Of a stretch of DNA of 48,030 bases, positions 1 through 9,720 are shown piece after piece (the stretch's first letter is position 1; every line of letters begins with the position of its first letter). Origin of the DNA: Nemertoderma westbladi (Eukaryota > Animalia > Xenacoelomorpha). The DNA lies in assembly GCA_032718475.1 (NCBI GenBank), contig JAUCBJ010001631.1:1-48030 (forward strand), given 5' to 3'. A model generated the notes under the pieces. It was given only the letters and a program-made list of their open reading frames with translations, did not search any database and was not told the origin of the DNA. Position numbers and translations under genes: made by a program.

Positions 1-18
1 TATCAAATATACCAATTT

Positions 19-600
19 ATGAAGAACCAAAAGACGACAGTGTTGATGATGAATTATCAAATAGTAAATAAAAATATAAGTTGTAAGCAGATTATTTATG
101 GACTTAATTTGAAAGAATTAAAAAAGCAATTGAATGGTAAAATTGTACTCAAACCTAATCAGTTTATATATAAGGTATTTGGTGCAACCATATTAATGTT
201 TACAAATGGACGAATAACAATTCTCGGTAGAAAATATAATTTTAATAAGGTGAAAAAACATATATTAGAAAAAACAAACATTAATTTTATTTTTAAATCA
301 ATCAATTTGTGTACTTATATTTTTAGTATCGATACTGTAATTTATAGGTTACTTATAAATAATATCGGGTTTTATGTTATATTTGATAATGTTAAACTAG
401 AAATTTCATACGACCCTGAAATATTCAATAACTGTAAAGTCAGAATAAATAATATTGTTGTTGTTTGCTGTTTCTACACTGGTAAATGTACATTAATGTG
501 TTCCCCGTTTAAATTTCATATATATTATCCTATTTTCAACAAGCTGGTTAATAATTTATTATTGTTTGGTGTGGGGGTTTTTGATGTAAAATATAATTAG
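19..600 (+). CDS. Divergent TATA-binding protein (TBP)-like protein, core domain only
   Basis: Two-repeat pattern: QIVN...LNLKEL...ATILMFTNGRITILG (cf. TBP TALIFSSGKMVCTG) and SYDPEIFNN...VVCCFYTGKCTLM (cf. SYEPELFPG...VLLIFVSGKVVLTG). 193 aa, intronless. Confidence 0.78.
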   Translation: MKNQKTTVLMMNYQIVNKNISCKQIIYGLNLKELKKQLNGKIVLKPNQFIYKVFGATILMFTNGRITILGRKYNFNKVKKHILEKTNINFIFKSINLCTYIFSIDTVIYRLLINNIGFYVIFDNVKLEISYDPEIFNNCKVRINNIVVVCCFYTGKCTLMCSPFKFHIYYPIFNKLVNNLLLFGVGVFDVKYN

Positions 601-1287
601 TACCGGTACGAGTGAAATTTATTGTTGTTGTTGCTGTTTGGTGGTGGAGATTTTTACTGTAAAATATATATATTACATTGAAGGGAGAAGAAATTTATGA
701 ATATTTTTTTAAAATCAACAACTAGTTTGAGGGGGAAATTAACTTCAGTAGAGCGATTGTTTCTTGTAACACTCAAGTAGGCATAGTATACTCAGCAGCC
801 TCGGCTAGCTAGCTAGCTAACTTGGCATTGTTGCTCACGAGTGAGCCACAATAGCGCATCTGTTACTTATGAGTGTGCGAGTGTACAGCAGGCAACGCTA
901 AGCTCGGTGAGAAAAGATTAAGGATATGTGCTGGTATTCATAGTCAAAGACGATGCCATCCTATCTGTTACTACTCTGTATACCGGTACATATCATTAAA
1001 ACATCCGCTATGCATCTCCCTACATTCAGAATAGAACAATGAACAGAGCATATATCGCTAATCCTCATGGGAAAGGTTTATGTTCTGCATTTTGTTAACT
1101 ATGTGAATTTTGTAATGTACACATCTGCGACCCTCTACAAAAATATATATAAACTCAATTTTTCTAACAGTGAACTATAATTTTGTTAACCAAAATAAAA
1201 AAAAAAACAAATACCGGTATACTGTATCCACCCTGTCTGTTACCCTTAGTTGACTATATATATAAACTAACCTGAGACAGCAAGAAG

Positions 1288-1692
1288 ATGACTTTCGCCT
1301 ATATCAACAACCGGTCGTTGAAAAGCAGCATAAAGTTCGATTTTGAGAGTGAGGATACTTTTGTGTCATCCTCAAACGTATCCGATTTGGAAATCAGATA
1401 CATTAATAAAAAATTTGAAATCGGATTTACCAATATCATCAATCACGAACACGGTGTTACAAAGTTAGAAACAACAAAAAACTTTACTTTGAACATAAGA
1501 ATAAATCCAGGAACGGAAGAAGAAGAAGAAGTTAGTACCGGTAATCAAAACGAATTAATACCACTACAAGAGAATTGGGAAACAGAGACCGCTACAACTA
1601 TAACAGAACCGATGGAGACTATTTGGAAAGAAATTAAACTAGCAACGCCTACCTGTAATAGGCCTACAGGTAATCATCAACATTTTTCATAG
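1288..1692 (+). CDS. Hypothetical protein (134 aa, acidic middle), probably element accessory gene
   Basis: ATG ORF ~25 bp downstream of TATATATATAAA (1255-1266); AATAAA repeats ~1845-1859; no recognisable domain. Confidence 0.45.
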   Translation: MTFAYINNRSLKSSIKFDFESEDTFVSSSNVSDLEIRYINKKFEIGFTNIINHEHGVTKLETTKNFTLNIRINPGTEEEEEVSTGNQNELIPLQENWETETATTITEPMETIWKEIKLATPTCNRPTGNHQHFS

Positions 1693-2583
1693 ATGGATAC
1701 TGCTATCTAACTAGTAGGCCTACACCTGTACACCCGTACACTCATACTCATTTCTGCATTTATAAAGCTGTAAAGTAGACCTAAATGTTACCGGTCTGTG
1801 TATGTCTATATTATATGTAATTTAACTTAAAAAGCGGACGCATAAATAAATAAAATAAACTAACTAACTATGTTTTATATAGGATCGTTAACATAGAGTG
1901 AATGTTAGTAACCAGAGAATGTGGTGGATTTTATATAGTTATACCTCAAACCACACCTATTGTATCAGCTAGAGTAACAGAGTGCGAGGGGATTTTATAG
2001 GTCCAATAGCGCTACCGGTACCTAACTACACCTATTGTGTCTGTGAGGTAGTCAGCTTTCAGTTGAGGAGTAGTCATTAGGCCTATATGCCTAACCGAAT
2101 GAAGGTGTACCTTACCTATCCGTAAACCATATTGGGTCAACATGTGAAAAAGGGCCCCGCATAAAGTTAACTATAGCTGTATAGGCTTACCTATGCAACA
2201 GTAGCACGCAGTAATGTAGATTAGACCAATTAAAGTTGTAAACAGAAAATTGGAAGCATTCAAGTGTAATAGCCTAATCCTTAAATCAAAGAAACCAGCA
2301 TGCTCTTGCGCTATCCAAGTATACAGGTACAAGAGTGCTACGGTGCCTGTACCAGTAGGCCTATTGTTAGGTGTGCCTCCTCTAATGCTGTATTCACGAA
2401 CCCGCATGTCGACTTAATTTAATTTTATTATTAGTAAGTACGGTACCGGTAACGCTAAAGCTCTGTGGTTGCTGTCGGGGGCCATTCTGTCGTTCTACAG
2501 TTTAGCGTTGTTGGCATATGTAGTAAAATCAGCTAGCTACTGGTAGTTAAACTCTGATACAACCGCCGGCTACCGGTAGGTGC

Positions 2584-2949
<366 letters not shown>

Positions 2950-3077
2950 CTTAAGCCCTACACCTTTAGTCAAACTGAGATATAAAAAAAAAATAGATTT
3001 TAATGTTTTTATTATTTTTATTGACATTAAAACAATTATATTATCCCATCACATTACATTACATGCTTAGAGTAAAC

Positions 3078-3677
3078 CTACAGTACATCTTCCACCACAG
3101 TTATTTCTCTCTGTTTATCATCATCATCAGTCGCAGTTAAACGCTTTCTCATGAAAAAGTGTAGAGCCTCATACCCCCCAACGCATTTTGCTGAGCAGTA
3201 TCGCAGACAGTTATCCCTTATGTTTAAGTGGAACGCGCATTTACTTTCTACTGTAGTCAATCGGTCGTGAAATCGACAAGGCGTTAAATAATCGTGATAT
3301 TGCTTATATATTCCCAATTTCTCCACCGAATTTGGCTCGAGAACATCGAGTTGGGAAACTAATATTGCCCGCTTCAGCAACCCAAATACATGAATATTTT
3401 TTTTATATTTTAAATGTCTCTTCATATATTTTTTAAAGTCATCTTGAGAAATGTCCCCGTAGTCCCAGGGCAAGTGAGAAGTCATATCCCGTAAATTGTT
3501 TACGTGAGCTGCATCTTAAGCTGATAACTTAATATTAGACGGGCCTTTAATTAAAAACGTCTTTACATTAGTTTTGGTGTAATTAGAATCGTATATTGCA
3601 AATTCTTTAAATACTACCGGATACTCCTTATTGTCTATCTTATAATATTGAAAATCAACAAAAATAATATTATCCAT
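3078..3677 (-). pseudogene. Polinton DEDD-exonuclease-like/Cys-His protein interrupted by in-frame TAA
   Basis: Manual translation from ATG 3677: MDNIIFVDFQYYK...FKEFAI...FLIKGP...LSA*DAAH...MTSHLPWDYGDI...IHVFG...CAFH...CSAKCV. The stop is at 3516-3518, in frame with ORF 3078-3485. Pattern resembles a conserved Maverick accessory protein (VDxQ..KELA..HGLxWxxG..CxxH..CA). Confidence 0.65.
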
Positions 3678-3712
3678 TTTATCTGATAAACAAAAGCAAG
3701 CTAAATGATTAA

Positions 3713-4165
3713 TTACAACGCATGTTGGTTTATTTTATAATAATTAACAAGCCATTTATATAATATTATTTCATTTATTTCCACATTATTTGTAAACGCT
3801 CTCATTGGATAGATTGTGTGAATACGATTTACCAAATAATACAGACAGTACAGACCGCATGTGGTCCTCCTTGGGTCTTGAAATTGTTTGCGAGTAGTAC
3901 GCCACCTTGCGGAATTTTTCTCAAGCCATTTTTCGATGCATCTGTTTGGATATTTTGGTCCAAACGAGTCAAATACTTCGGCCTCATTATCTCGTATATA
4001 TATCGCGATCCAATGAATCCCAGGCAGATGCTCTTTATCGGTATTTACTATCAAGCCATAATCCTGCCGCTTATTATTATCTAATTTAGGTAATTTATTA
4101 GCTGGAAACGCGCCCAAATAGTGACCACCCACTGGAAACATATCAAGGTCCTCTGTAGATAACAT
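3713..4165 (-). CDS. Adenain/Ulp1-like (clan CE) maturation cysteine protease (Polinton PRO)
   Basis: Catalytic motifs NTD...PGIHWIAIY, EVFDSFG, FQDPRRTTCGLYC (His, Asp, Gln, Cys). Confidence 0.93.
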   Translation of the reverse strand: MLSTEDLDMFPVGGHYLGAFPANKLPKLDNNKRQDYGLIVNTDKEHLPGIHWIAIYIRDNEAEVFDSFGPKYPNRCIEKWLEKNSARWRTTRKQFQDPRRTTCGLYCLYYLVNRIHTIYPMRAFTNNVEINEIILYKWLVNYYKINQHAL

Positions 4166-4167
4166 AC

Positions 4168-5427
4168 TTAATCGATATGTATTTCTTTCCTGCTATTTAA
4201 ACTTAATGATTGATCATAAATATTAAAAACGATTACATTTATGGTTTCAACCAACGGTTCGGCAAATCTTAATTTTAATTGGCCGTTAGTATATATTGAC
4301 GGTTGCGGATCTCTAACATAGCCGTCGGCGGTTAGGTCCCAGGATAGGATGGGGCAATTACATAAGTAGGTTTCATGGTCTATATTATTACCTCCATAAC
4401 CGTTAATATATGTATTAATGTTCTTCATTAATTGAGTATACTCAAAAATATATGTTCCATCTGTAAAATTAGGCTCGTATATTACACCCCCTACTGGAAG
4501 ACCGTCTACAATCAGTTCCGCGCGTCTAAGGTTAAAATGTTCAAATTTCAAGGGATTGCTAATTAATTCTCCCGAATAAGCGTTACTTGTTATGAAGCCA
4601 ATAATAACTAATTTGGGTTTTTTACCATCAAATATGTTTGTTTGGGTGTAATTTGTGGTTTGAGCGGGAATAGTAAATGTTGTCACCTCCTTTTTTTGGA
4701 ATTGATATTCAATATCGTAACTCTCTAAACCTTTTAGGTGACTGCTTTCTATTACTGGATTAACCTCCATTCTAGGGATTAGAATCTTTATTTCATCTAA
4801 TTCTAACCGAAGATTTGTCACAGCGTTTGCGTTTGGAGTGATTTTAAAAATAAACGAATTTGATACTTTTCTAAAATGCATTCTTAAATCATACCCGGGT
4901 TGTATTATTTTAGTTTCAGTATCAAAATCAATCGTCAATCCACTTACAAATTGCATTTCTTTACTAAAGGCATCGGCAATAGGATGCGCGCCGGGATCAA
5001 TTTCATTTCCATGCTCAGATAAAGGTTGATGAAAGCCACCCGCACCCAGTAGCCCATTTTTATCCTCGTAAGTTGTAAATAATAAATTGGATAAGTACGA
5101 CTTGTAGAAATAATGGTTATTGCTATTATCAACCTGCTTCTCATTAAGGTCTATTTTAATATCACTCCACATAGTTTCAGCGGGGTAATTCAGCATATAA
5201 ATATAGGCGTTTTCAAGTCGTCTATCCCAGCGTACAGTACATTTTGTAATTAATAACGCGTCTTGCAGTTTCGTATAGAATTCATTGGATCTCGGTACAA
5301 GGAACGTGACCTCCCTAGATTCACTTCTGAGATTAGATACGGGGTAAATTGTTTCATAATGCTTTGCTTTAAATTCAGTCTGTATTGGCTGTGTAGAAAA
5401 TAAATCTAATTCCTTAATAATTGACAT
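4168..5427 (-). CDS. Major capsid protein (Polinton PY, double jelly-roll)
   Basis: 419 aa; ELDLFSTQPIQT N-terminus, YFYKSYLSNLL, PKLVIIGF...AYSGELISNPLKFEHFNL, WDLTAD, LRFAEPL motifs typical of PY; adjacent to protease. Confidence 0.9.
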   Translation of the reverse strand: MSIIKELDLFSTQPIQTEFKAKHYETIYPVSNLRSESREVTFLVPRSNEFYTKLQDALLITKCTVRWDRRLENAYIYMLNYPAETMWSDIKIDLNEKQVDNSNNHYFYKSYLSNLLFTTYEDKNGLLGAGGFHQPLSEHGNEIDPGAHPIADAFSKEMQFVSGLTIDFDTETKIIQPGYDLRMHFRKVSNSFIFKITPNANAVTNLRLELDEIKILIPRMEVNPVIESSHLKGLESYDIEYQFQKKEVTTFTIPAQTTNYTQTNIFDGKKPKLVIIGFITSNAYSGELISNPLKFEHFNLRRAELIVDGLPVGGVIYEPNFTDGTYIFEYTQLMKNINTYINGYGGNNIDHETYLCNCPILSWDLTADGYVRDPQPSIYTNGQLKLRFAEPLVETINVIVFNIYDQSLSLNSRKEIHID

Positions 5428-5429
5428 TA

Positions 5430-5993
5430 TTAAAAAATACTTTTTTCGCAGTGTTTCAGTTTGCCCTTTATTTTTTTATTTTTATTACTACGTCGATGAT
5501 GTATGTTCATAGACATTGGTCTAGCGGGTCGCTTTAAATCTCTATAAACTTTTTCTACAACTGACCTTGTTGACGGTTTCATTTTATTTAATGCTTTATT
5601 AATAACCGTATTAGCCTGCTGATGTAAGACCCGCTTACCTTTTGGTATTACGTGTTGTCTCATAAATTTTGTGGTAAATGGTAAAGCTTTCTGTAAAACT
5701 TTTTTAGCTAATGGCTTACCAAATTTTTTCAATGTCGATAAAGCGTCTGTAAATATACCTTCTCCGTGTTGATTTGCCCGCATACCTCTACGATAACGCT
5801 GAAAACGACGTTGTTTTAAGTTTGGACCAAATGTGCCAATTTGTTGACCGTAAGGGTCAATATATGAACCACCTCGAAAAACAGGAACTTGCGTCGAACC
5901 TCTGGTACTTCTACCACCTTTAAAAACAGCAAGATTAGAGTCTGAACCACCATATTGAGGTTTACTGTATCTTTGAAATAAATCAGAATCCAT
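5430..5993 (-). CDS. Basic virion core-like protein with putative protease cleavage motifs
   Basis: R/K-rich; QYGG, VFKGG, VFRGG, QHGEG motifs followed by an amphipathic helix; lies between minor and major capsid genes. Confidence 0.72.
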   Translation of the reverse strand: MDSDLFQRYSKPQYGGSDSNLAVFKGGRSTRGSTQVPVFRGGSYIDPYGQQIGTFGPNLKQRRFQRYRRGMRANQHGEGIFTDALSTLKKFGKPLAKKVLQKALPFTTKFMRQHVIPKGKRVLHQQANTVINKALNKMKPSTRSVVEKVYRDLKRPARPMSMNIHHRRSNKNKKIKGKLKHCEKSIF

Positions 5994-5994
5994 T

Positions 5995-6849
5995 TTAATT
6001 TATACGTTTAAAGTGTAATGTAATAGATGTTGTCCCGTATTCAAAATTCAAATCTTTTCCTTCTTTGTCTGTTATTTCAATATGAATGTATGTTATCTTA
6101 TATGATTTTTTTACAGGGATATAATGAATTGTATCCTTGACAAATTCTTTATTTATTACGCTACCATATTTCACATCATCAGGTATCGCAACACGACGAA
6201 GTAAAGCTAAACCAAAATCGTTAATATATTGATTTTCAATTATATTAGTAGTCACGTACATGTTCGACTTAGGTTCTGGAATAGAATTGGGTGGTTGAGG
6301 GCATAAAAATACCATCTGGTAAGCTTTTTCTCCATTTCCGATAACCTTTATTAAATAACCCTTTATATTATTTTTCGTCTTCAAAATAATTTTAAAATTT
6401 GGATTTAAATTCGCGCCGAGATTATTTTCAGTAATTCCAAAATAATAGGCTAATTGTTGACCTATAAATAACTCTCGCACAGTTTTCCCTAAAATAAATT
6501 GCAACCTATTATGCTGAGTATTTTCAACTATTTGTAATTTATCTTTCAACGCCCCCGTGTTAAAATAATCTATAATGTCATTGATACTGTAGAACAAACC
6601 GGATGGAAGTGTATCCTCAAAATTTTTTTTTCCTTTTTTTAATAAAATAACATTCTCTACATTGTTATACATGGACGGCAACGTAGCTAAGTAAAATATA
6701 CTTTTTATACCTACCACCCAGTTTTCGTTTGGGTTTATAGGTAAGGCGACATGGAAATTTATCTGATAATTACTAGCGCTATTGCGGGGAAAATCAATTG
6801 GACAGGAATTACTTGGTAGTCTTACGTAGAATTCATCCATCACTGCCAC
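5995..6849 (-). CDS. Minor capsid/penton protein (Polinton PX) paralogue 2
   Basis: FYVRLPSNS...FPRNSASNY...WVVGI N-terminus; MYVTTNIIE...LLRRV...HYIPV...IHIEITDKEG...FEYGTTSITLHFKR C-terminus. Confidence 0.88.
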   Translation of the reverse strand: MAVMDEFYVRLPSNSCPIDFPRNSASNYQINFHVALPINPNENWVVGIKSIFYLATLPSMYNNVENVILLKKGKKNFEDTLPSGLFYSINDIIDYFNTGALKDKLQIVENTQHNRLQFILGKTVRELFIGQQLAYYFGITENNLGANLNPNFKIILKTKNNIKGYLIKVIGNGEKAYQMVFLCPQPPNSIPEPKSNMYVTTNIIENQYINDFGLALLRRVAIPDDVKYGSVINKEFVKDTIHYIPVKKSYKITYIHIEITDKEGKDLNFEYGTTSITLHFKRIN

Positions 6850-7705
6850 CCCGTATTAACTTAAGTGTTATAACAGTGCGACCTCCGCTGAAGTTAATTA
6901 ATTCGCCTTGACCGTCACGTAAAGTAATTAAGATTGTTTTTAGTTTTTTATTCAACAACGGGTAATAGCAAATGCTCTCGTATTCGTGATTAATATATTT
7001 TCGATTTAATTGCGTTAAAGGGCAGGTTCTTAAGAGCGGAGCTAAAGCGTCGCCAACAAATGAGCTCTTAATAATATCTGTGTATATAAAGATAGTGTCT
7101 TTATTATGTGTTATATTCGTGGGAGCTGGAAAATCTAAAATGCCAATTTCCGAAATTTTTGGCCCGCTATAATTTAAAATTAATATTGGCTGTTCTATAT
7201 TGCTTAATTCATCTACTGTAGTGGTACTGTATATATCCCAATTCGGAATATCCGGATGATTCCGATCCAATAACGGTTTTAAGCCTAGAATTTGTATTAA
7301 ATCGCCGCGTAGACTTAATTGTATTTTTTTCAACTTTTTAGGAAATTTAAATTTAATTCTAGAATTATTTGTATTAAAAATGAATTCGAAATCTCTATAT
7401 TTCGCTTCAGAATTAAACAGTTTATTTATATCATCAATAATGACTTGAATAGAGTTATGCATACCAGGAAATAAACTATATAATTTGGCATCTTTTGCAT
7501 CTACCCCGATTGACAGTGAGATTTGAGTTTGCAGCGTAATATTACTGTATGTTGCTTGATATTGAAGCTCGGCAAGCCCAATTTTAGCGTTTGGACCAAT
7601 ATATAATTCTTCGGCTAAATCAACAGTAAACTCGCTAGGATTATTATTGGGGTAAGTGTTTAATGAGCTATCTGAAAGTAGAGTGATATATGTATCTGTG
7701 GCCAT
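6833..7705 (-). CDS. Minor capsid/penton protein (Polinton PX) paralogue 1
   Basis: YITLLSDSSLNTYPNNNPSEFTVDL...IGLAELQY; IFIYTDIIKSSFVGDALAPLLR...YYPL...LRDGQGELINFSGG. Confidence 0.9.
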   Translation of the reverse strand: MATDTYITLLSDSSLNTYPNNNPSEFTVDLAEELYIGPNAKIGLAELQYQATYSNITLQTQISLSIGVDAKDAKLYSLFPGMHNSIQVIIDDINKLFNSEAKYRDFEFIFNTNNSRIKFKFPKKLKKIQLSLRGDLIQILGLKPLLDRNHPDIPNWDIYSTTTVDELSNIEQPILILNYSGPKISEIGILDFPAPTNITHNKDTIFIYTDIIKSSFVGDALAPLLRTCPLTQLNRKYINHEYESICYYPLLNKKLKTILITLRDGQGELINFSGGRTVITLKLIRGGSDG

Positions 7706-7983
7706 TATTATTATTATTTAAGCTCGCTCTCTCTCTCTACTTGACTCCATTGTACATACAGTACAGTACAGTATAATGTTAAATTATAGACATCTGTGAC
7801 CACGTTCATTGTCGTTCATTGTCGCATCTTCTACAGTATATGCGCGGGATCAATATTTTACTGGCTTTATTGGCTTTATTTAAAACGGATGAACTATAGA
7901 TATAGTAATATCATTCGAGTTAATATTGATTAATTACGGTCATATGCGACCAAAATGAATTAATATACAGTATAAACCTAAGC

Positions 7984-9075
7984 TTATTGAATATGCTGTA
8001 CCCACGACTGTTTCTTGGATCCGATGAATCGGACTAAATATTCTTTCTTCCCATTGCGTACACGTTCTTTAAGTTTGCCAATATTTTTTTTGTCAATTGC
8101 TAGATAAATATTACTATTCGGGTGGACCTTTTGGAGTTCGTGAGAATAAAATGAGCCCTTTATTATAGCTCCAGCGCTGTCCTTAATATCGAACATTACA
8201 GCGGGTACTCTATCCAACCTGACACGATGAATAATAAATAATTCACGTGTCCATTGTTCTCGATAGCCTTTAGCAAAAGCAGTACGAGCGATAGATAATC
8301 GTACTGTATCTCCAACTTTAAATTTTATTTTCTTATGATTAATCTGTCTATATTTCCCATATAATCTATTCATTAATTCAGTTTCATTAAATTTATTAAC
8401 TTCAATAGGCGTCATTTTTATTGTCCTATGATATGACCTATTATAAGCCGAGATAAGCTTAGGTAAAATTTTAATCCAAACATTATTTCCTCGTTGTGTA
8501 AAAATTTTGAACATCTTTGTTTTTAATGTTCTATTGAATCTCTCGACAATAGCCGCCTTATTCACAGAGTACATTACGTAATACTGTATACCTAACGTAT
8601 CTAAATATTTCCTTACAGATTTATTTAGAAACTCAGAACCTTGATCCGTGGCGATTCTGTTTGGTTTTCCTTTCTGGAATATTTTTTGCAATATACTAAT
8701 AATTTCAACACCCTTTTTTGTTTTCATACCATAGCCAAAAGCAAGCCTGCTAAAGGCATCAATACATGTTAATATATAGTTATAATTATTATTTTGCGAC
8801 TTATATTGCTGCATATCCACCAGATCTATCATATATATATCTTTTATGCCTCCCGTAAATATTTTAGATGTTGGATAATGGTGTCTACGTGGAGCGTGAA
8901 GGGTGTATGTCTTTTGCCCGCTCATCCATTTCTGGGCTTGTGCTGGTTTGATGTTTGCAGCTTTTGCTAATTTTGCAACACTTGCAAATCCCGCAGGGGA
9001 TGAAGGATCTAAATAAATTCTTAACAGTTTTTTGTCTAAGCTTCGGCTTAAAATCGGTTTCATCTTGCGAGGCAT
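7984..9075 (-). CDS. Retroviral-type (rve) DDE integrase with C-terminal chromodomain-like tail (c-integrase)
   Basis: IYLDPSSPAGF N-terminus, IDLVDM (D), TDQGSEF (D), VERFNRTLK (E), YNRSYHRTIKMTP, FKVGDTVR, FAKGYREQWTRELF, KKEYLVRFIG..SWV. Confidence 0.96.
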   Translation of the reverse strand: MPRKMKPILSRSLDKKLLRIYLDPSSPAGFASVAKLAKAANIKPAQAQKWMSGQKTYTLHAPRRHHYPTSKIFTGGIKDIYMIDLVDMQQYKSQNNNYNYILTCIDAFSRLAFGYGMKTKKGVEIISILQKIFQKGKPNRIATDQGSEFLNKSVRKYLDTLGIQYYVMYSVNKAAIVERFNRTLKTKMFKIFTQRGNNVWIKILPKLISAYNRSYHRTIKMTPIEVNKFNETELMNRLYGKYRQINHKKIKFKVGDTVRLSIARTAFAKGYREQWTRELFIIHRVRLDRVPAVMFDIKDSAGAIIKGSFYSHELQKVHPNSNIYLAIDKKNIGKLKERVRNGKKEYLVRFIGSKKQSWVQHIQ

Positions 9076-9126
9076 CTTTTCGACAACCGCAAGTAATATG
9101 TATATTCAAATCTCTTATAAAGGGCA

Positions 9127-9297
9127 TCACCGTAAGAACAACTGAAATTTTTTAATTATTTTCTTTGAAGTTGATGTTTTAAAGGGTTTTCTTTTTGTAG
9201 TATTTACTCTAGGTATATCTTGAGGTTTTAAATCAGTAGCTAACGGTTTACTCGATACTAAATATAATTTTCTAAATGTTACTCCTGTTTTAACCAT
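9127..9297 (-). CDS. Small basic hypothetical protein (56 aa), below ORF-track cutoff
   Basis: Manual translation MVKTGVTFRKLYLVSSKP...KIIKKFQLFLR*; starts in a TAATAATG junction immediately after the previous stop. Confidence 0.4.
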   Translation of the reverse strand: MVKTGVTFRKLYLVSSKPLATDLKPQDIPRVNTTKRKPFKTSTSKKIIKKFQLFLR

Positions 9298-9299
9298 TA

Positions 9300-9683
9300 T
9301 TACCGTCCACGGTTAATTTTTTTGGCAATAGCCGCTCCAGCGGCGGCGGCTCCGGCACTCGCGGCGAGTTTCGCACCAATGCCGAGTAAGGGTATTAGAA
9401 ACGGTAGTATACCTCCAGATTGATTGCTTAACTTTTTTCTGTAACTTGATATATTTTTTGTTTTACGGTTGAGTGATTTCAATACCTTCTTATAGCGGCG
9501 AATATTTCTAAATGAATGAGGGGTTAATTGTACATTACCTTTTAGAACATTTAATGCAGTATTTACAATGAGCCGTATTAATTCGTTACTCGCGGTATGG
9601 TTAATAAAATAAGTTCTTTGTTGAGGGGTAGCGCTGCGTAGAAATTCCAGTTCGTTACGATATTTCTGCACAAGTCTATTCAT
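9300..9683 (-). CDS. Conserved small Polinton protein with QSGG motif and hydrophobic C-terminal peptide
   Basis: LIRLIVNTALNVLKGNVQLT...RKKLSNQSGGILPFLIPLLG; located between ATPase and integrase as in many Mavericks. Confidence 0.75.
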   Translation of the reverse strand: MNRLVQKYRNELEFLRSATPQQRTYFINHTASNELIRLIVNTALNVLKGNVQLTPHSFRNIRRYKKVLKSLNRKTKNISSYRKKLSNQSGGILPFLIPLLGIGAKLAASAGAAAAGAAIAKKINRGR

Positions 9684-9720
9684 TGTTGCAACATTATTGA
9701 AAATTGTTACAAAATATTAA

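Noticed and set aside
740-790. AGTAG motifs as a possible left Polinton terminus
   Set aside because: Following sequence does not match the reverse complement of 12540-12595.
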